Part shown: positions 60,856 through 64,000 of the stretch, in pieces
Layout of the letters: each line of letters begins with the position of its first letter
How positions within the stretch are numbered: the stretch's first letter is position 1
Source: Nemertoderma westbladi
Taxonomy: Eukaryota; Animalia; Xenacoelomorpha
NCBI GenBank assembly: GCA_032718475.1
Contig: JAUCBJ010006805.1
Span: 100,161 to 164,160, forward strand
Direction: 5' to 3'
DNA length: 64,000 nucleotides
Program-made: the position numbers and the translations under genes
The notes under the pieces: model-generated
Told to the model about the DNA's origin: nothing
Databases searched by the model: none
What the model saw: the letters and a program-made list of their open reading frames with translations, nothing else

Positions 60856-63741
60856 CTAAAGCACCCCATCTACTGAGGGGGGGAAGGTTGGGGATCTGCG
60901 CAGCCACATGGAGGAGTTCCCACGCCACAGGATAACGGATAGCCTCTGGAAAAGGTGTCGGATTGAGTCACCAGTGGGTGTACCACGTCTTAGGCCCTGG
61001 AGTCTGGCAATTTCCCGAATGGTAGAGGAAGAGTGGGGATCCCAACCGCCTAGTGCCTCAACGACCAAGGGTGTAAAACCGACGCCGGAGCTCCTGCACT
61101 CATCTGCGTGGGCTGCTAGCTTTCGATTTCTGGCTATGGATTGGGCATAGCCAGGGTCTGTGGCAGCACCGTTGAGGGTTAAGGCCTGCAGGGGGGAGAT
61201 GACCGTGACATCCAAGGCCATTGGCTGACTGCGATGCCAGTTGGGGAGAAAAATATCGGCTGGACGACTGCGAGACCCAGGAATGAGGCCGGGGACTTCA
61301 CTTCGAGGCGCAAGAGCAGCAGATTGTGCAGCTAAGAAAATTGCGCCCCGAAGAGAGTCATGACGAGCAATCCTGTCCCCATCTCCACCGCAGCCGACCT
61401 GATGATCCCCATACGGGTCTGCTGGGGAAGAGCATACGGGACAAGGGTAGGTGGAGGAGCTCATACGGATGCCAAGCCAATAGCAAATTGAGTGGCGATA
61501 CTCGGCGTCAAGGAAATGTAGCCCTAGGCTTTCTGAAGGGATTGTATGTAGCCAATCTCCTGCATGTGGCAGGGAGGAGGAGTTGGCAAGCGCCTTAGAC
61601 CTGTGGTCAGGGGCATTAGAGATTAGGTCATCAAACAAGGCCAGATCGATGGAGTGAGAGAGTTGGCGTTGAGTAACAGGGGAAGGTAGAGCTTCGAGGG
61701 TAGACCAGTCAGGTTCTTTAGCAGCCTGCGCCAGGGAGGACAGGGTGGGGGTAATGTGAGGGTTGAAAGGGGCATGATGCAGGATTTGGGAGACCAATGC
61801 CTCGCATTGGCAGACGGATGCAATGTATGCCGCAGGGGCATGATCAGCTGCTCTGCGAAGACCAACACCTCCCATGGAGGTTGGGAGAACAGCCTTATTG
61901 GCTGACCAGCTGGAAAGAGAGCCCCCTACGAGGTCGGACAGAGCAGCATGAATGACGGAATCAAACTGTGCGGTCGCATCTTGGATGAGGTAAGGTGGGC
62001 AGCAGCGAAGGGCAAACACAACTTTGGGGAGTGACAAGCACGACCGAAGCAGAGTCATCTCCATCTGAGAATCTTTCAAGTCTGGAAGCAGTTCAATGAT
62101 GGACCTGACCTTTTCAACTCTGCCCCTCAAGGAGGCCTCGCAGAAGGATTCTGGACCAATTGGGGAACCCAGTAGGATGAAACCCTTGGAAAGTACAGGG
62201 ATTGAGGTGGGAAGGGGGTTTGGCACAGATGCAGATGACTCAGGGATGAACAACTGGGACTTTGAATGGTTTAGGTGGAGCCCTCTGGGGTAGCCTGCTT
62301 CTTCAAGTATCTTGAGGGCCTTGAGGAGGTCTGCTGGGGAACCGCAGAGTGAAACATCATCCAGGTACCATACGTGGATAAGGAGGCCTGGGATTTCATC
62401 ACGAATCCGCTCTGCCACAGGGTGACCGGCCAGAGAGAAAGCCAGTGGGCCCAATGGGTCTCCCTGTTGGACACCACTGCAGCTGAGAATCTTGCGGTCG
62501 CCCAACCACAGAACACCCTGGGCGCCGTAGCAGGCTTCGATCCAAGCAGAGATTGATGGCATATGTTCCCTAACTTCCACAAACATGTTGGAACGGTCAA
62601 TGTTGTTGAAGGCATTACTGAAGTCTACCAAAAGGACCCACTTGCTGTCAGCAGGGATAGTGGGATCCTCTAAAGTGGAGGAGATGGCACGTACAACTGC
62701 TTCACAGCCATTCGGGGTGGCAACACCGACCTGCAGGGGGCATAGAAGAGTGGAAGCTGCTGAGCTAACAGATGAAGAAAGACACTTGGAGACCATCCTC
62801 CTTAAGGTTTCACCGACGGCAATTGGGCGTAGGCCACCCCCCTTCTTCACGCAAGGGTACAGAGATGCTCCACAGAGGTAGGGGAGGATGGTGGGAGGGA
62901 CTTGGCCAGAAGCCATATGGTTGGAGGCATTGGTCAATGCCGTGAGGGCACGGTTGGCCTTGGATGGGGATGGGGCAGAGATAACCTCCTTCAGGTGGGT
63001 AGGTCGTAGCTGGGATGGTCCTGGGGAAGAGCCAGGGGGGAACGACTTGATGGCCTTGGAGATAGCTGCAGCTGGAATGAGGGCTGGGGGCGGTACAGGG
63101 CCACATGGTAGGGATGGCACTTGGGGCTGTGGATGCTTGGAGAGCATCTCTATAAAGGTGTCTTCCGTGAGCTCAGCCAGGCCCTGGGAAGTTAATGCTT
63201 GGGCCGCCTTACTATATTGACCATCTGCCATGGCACGACGGGCCCGCCTTGCGTTGGACTCACGAATTGACTCAGGGGTTGGCTTGCTGAGCCGTTTCGG
63301 TTTCCTGGATGCGGAGTAGTTGGAGCATGACTCTTCCCAGAGACTAAGGATGTCACCGTTAAGCCATTTTCGTAGCCGGGACTTGACTAACTTCTCTATG
63401 TCTTTCCAATGGCAGCGCCCTGCCCTTTTGGGGTTAGCCAGAATGCATGGGGATAGAAGGAAGGCGGGTACCCAGTTGATAGGGTTAAGGGGATCCGAGC
63501 AGATGGATTCAAACACTCCACTGACCACATCAGCCCACAGATCACGACAAGCCTTGGGTATATGACGGAGGGTTGGGATCTTCATCCGGAGGATAGAGTC
63601 AATAGAAGGGAGAGAAGCGGACGAGGCACCCAGAGAGGAGTAAGTGGGGTGCATGGGAAGCACTGGTAGGTTGTTGTGAACTTGACACACCTGGACATGT
63701 TGGGTGATGAGTGTTGATGGGAGGTGAAGGAGCTGTGGCAT
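60856..63741 (-). CDS. CRE-clade non-LTR retrotransposon RT + restriction-like endonuclease
   Basis: LRPIAVGETLRR, VDFSNAFN, GVQQGDPLGP, YLDD, CPVC..DH..C..RHD, RPADI..ALDVTV..K; the element continues to the window end. Confidence 0.9.
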   Translation of the reverse strand: MPQLLHLPSTLITQHVQVCQVHNNLPVLPMHPTYSSLGASSASLPSIDSILRMKIPTLRHIPKACRDLWADVVSGVFESICSDPLNPINWVPAFLLSPCILANPKRAGRCHWKDIEKLVKSRLRKWLNGDILSLWEESCSNYSASRKPKRLSKPTPESIRESNARRARRAMADGQYSKAAQALTSQGLAELTEDTFIEMLSKHPQPQVPSLPCGPVPPPALIPAAAISKAIKSFPPGSSPGPSQLRPTHLKEVISAPSPSKANRALTALTNASNHMASGQVPPTILPYLCGASLYPCVKKGGGLRPIAVGETLRRMVSKCLSSSVSSAASTLLCPLQVGVATPNGCEAVVRAISSTLEDPTIPADSKWVLLVDFSNAFNNIDRSNMFVEVREHMPSISAWIEACYGAQGVLWLGDRKILSCSGVQQGDPLGPLAFSLAGHPVAERIRDEIPGLLIHVWYLDDVSLCGSPADLLKALKILEEAGYPRGLHLNHSKSQLFIPESSASVPNPLPTSIPVLSKGFILLGSPIGPESFCEASLRGRVEKVRSIIELLPDLKDSQMEMTLLRSCLSLPKVVFALRCCPPYLIQDATAQFDSVIHAALSDLVGGSLSSWSANKAVLPTSMGGVGLRRAADHAPAAYIASVCQCEALVSQILHHAPFNPHITPTLSSLAQAAKEPDWSTLEALPSPVTQRQLSHSIDLALFDDLISNAPDHRSKALANSSSLPHAGDWLHTIPSESLGLHFLDAEYRHSICYWLGIRMSSSTYPCPVCSSPADPYGDHQVGCGGDGDRIARHDSLRGAIFLAAQSAALAPRSEVPGLIPGSRSRPADIFLPNWHRSQPMALDVTVISPLQALTLNGAATDPGYAQSIARNRKLAAHADECRSSGVGFTPLVVEALGGWDPHSSSTIREIARLQGLRRGTPTGDSIRHLFQRLSVILWRGNSSMWLRRSPTFPPSVDGVL

Positions 63742-63742
63742 T

Positions 63743-63840
63743 CAGCAGACGGGCCTTCAACACTTCCTTCTTGCCGGTTGTGGGGAGGCCACGAGATTTG
63801 AGCTGGAGCTTAAGATCACTGACCTTAAGGGTATCTATCT
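63743..63840 (-). CDS. SAP DNA-binding motif upstream of the CRE ORF, in a different frame
   Basis: Translated by hand: IDTLKVSDLKLQLKSRGLPTTGKKEVLKARLL. Confidence 0.75.
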
Positions 63841-64000
63841 CGAGGATGGGTGAGTGGGTTTGGGGTACGCTACTGGTTACTAAATTGGAGTGCAGAGGGA
63901 TGGGGGATGATGAATGTCTGGTGTGAGTGAATGTGGGTGGTGTGGTCAGGTGATTGGTGGAAGCTGGCTGAGCAGTGATAGGGGTGGTTGTCCTTGGAAT

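Overview
Eukaryotic, TE-dense, AT-rich invertebrate DNA (crustacean-like, judged only from the host-gene protein motifs). The centre holds three young BEL/Pao-type LTR elements, each with TG..CA LTRs and a 5-bp TSD: A (+, 10319-22674), its relative B (-, 23193-43863), and an unrelated element C nested in B (-, 34866-41951). None encodes RT or integrase, and none has a tRNA-type primer-binding site. Instead, the bases directly after each 5' LTR are complementary to a segment inside the same LTR, with compensatory changes between A and B. This is a Tf1-like self-priming signature, which I do not know from BEL/Pao. The TEs lie among exons of a + strand beta/gamma-crystallin + fibronectin-type-II gene that may be a pseudogene. 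The window also has a 63-bp satellite that grows out of a tRNA-SINE, TTAA-flanked piggyBac-type MITEs, two RTE LINE families (one back-to-back pair on a triplicated target site), a Penelope-type hammerhead repeat set between Pol III boxes, a Helentron-type MITE and a CRE-clade retrotransposon with an upstream SAP motif. All alignments were made by eye.
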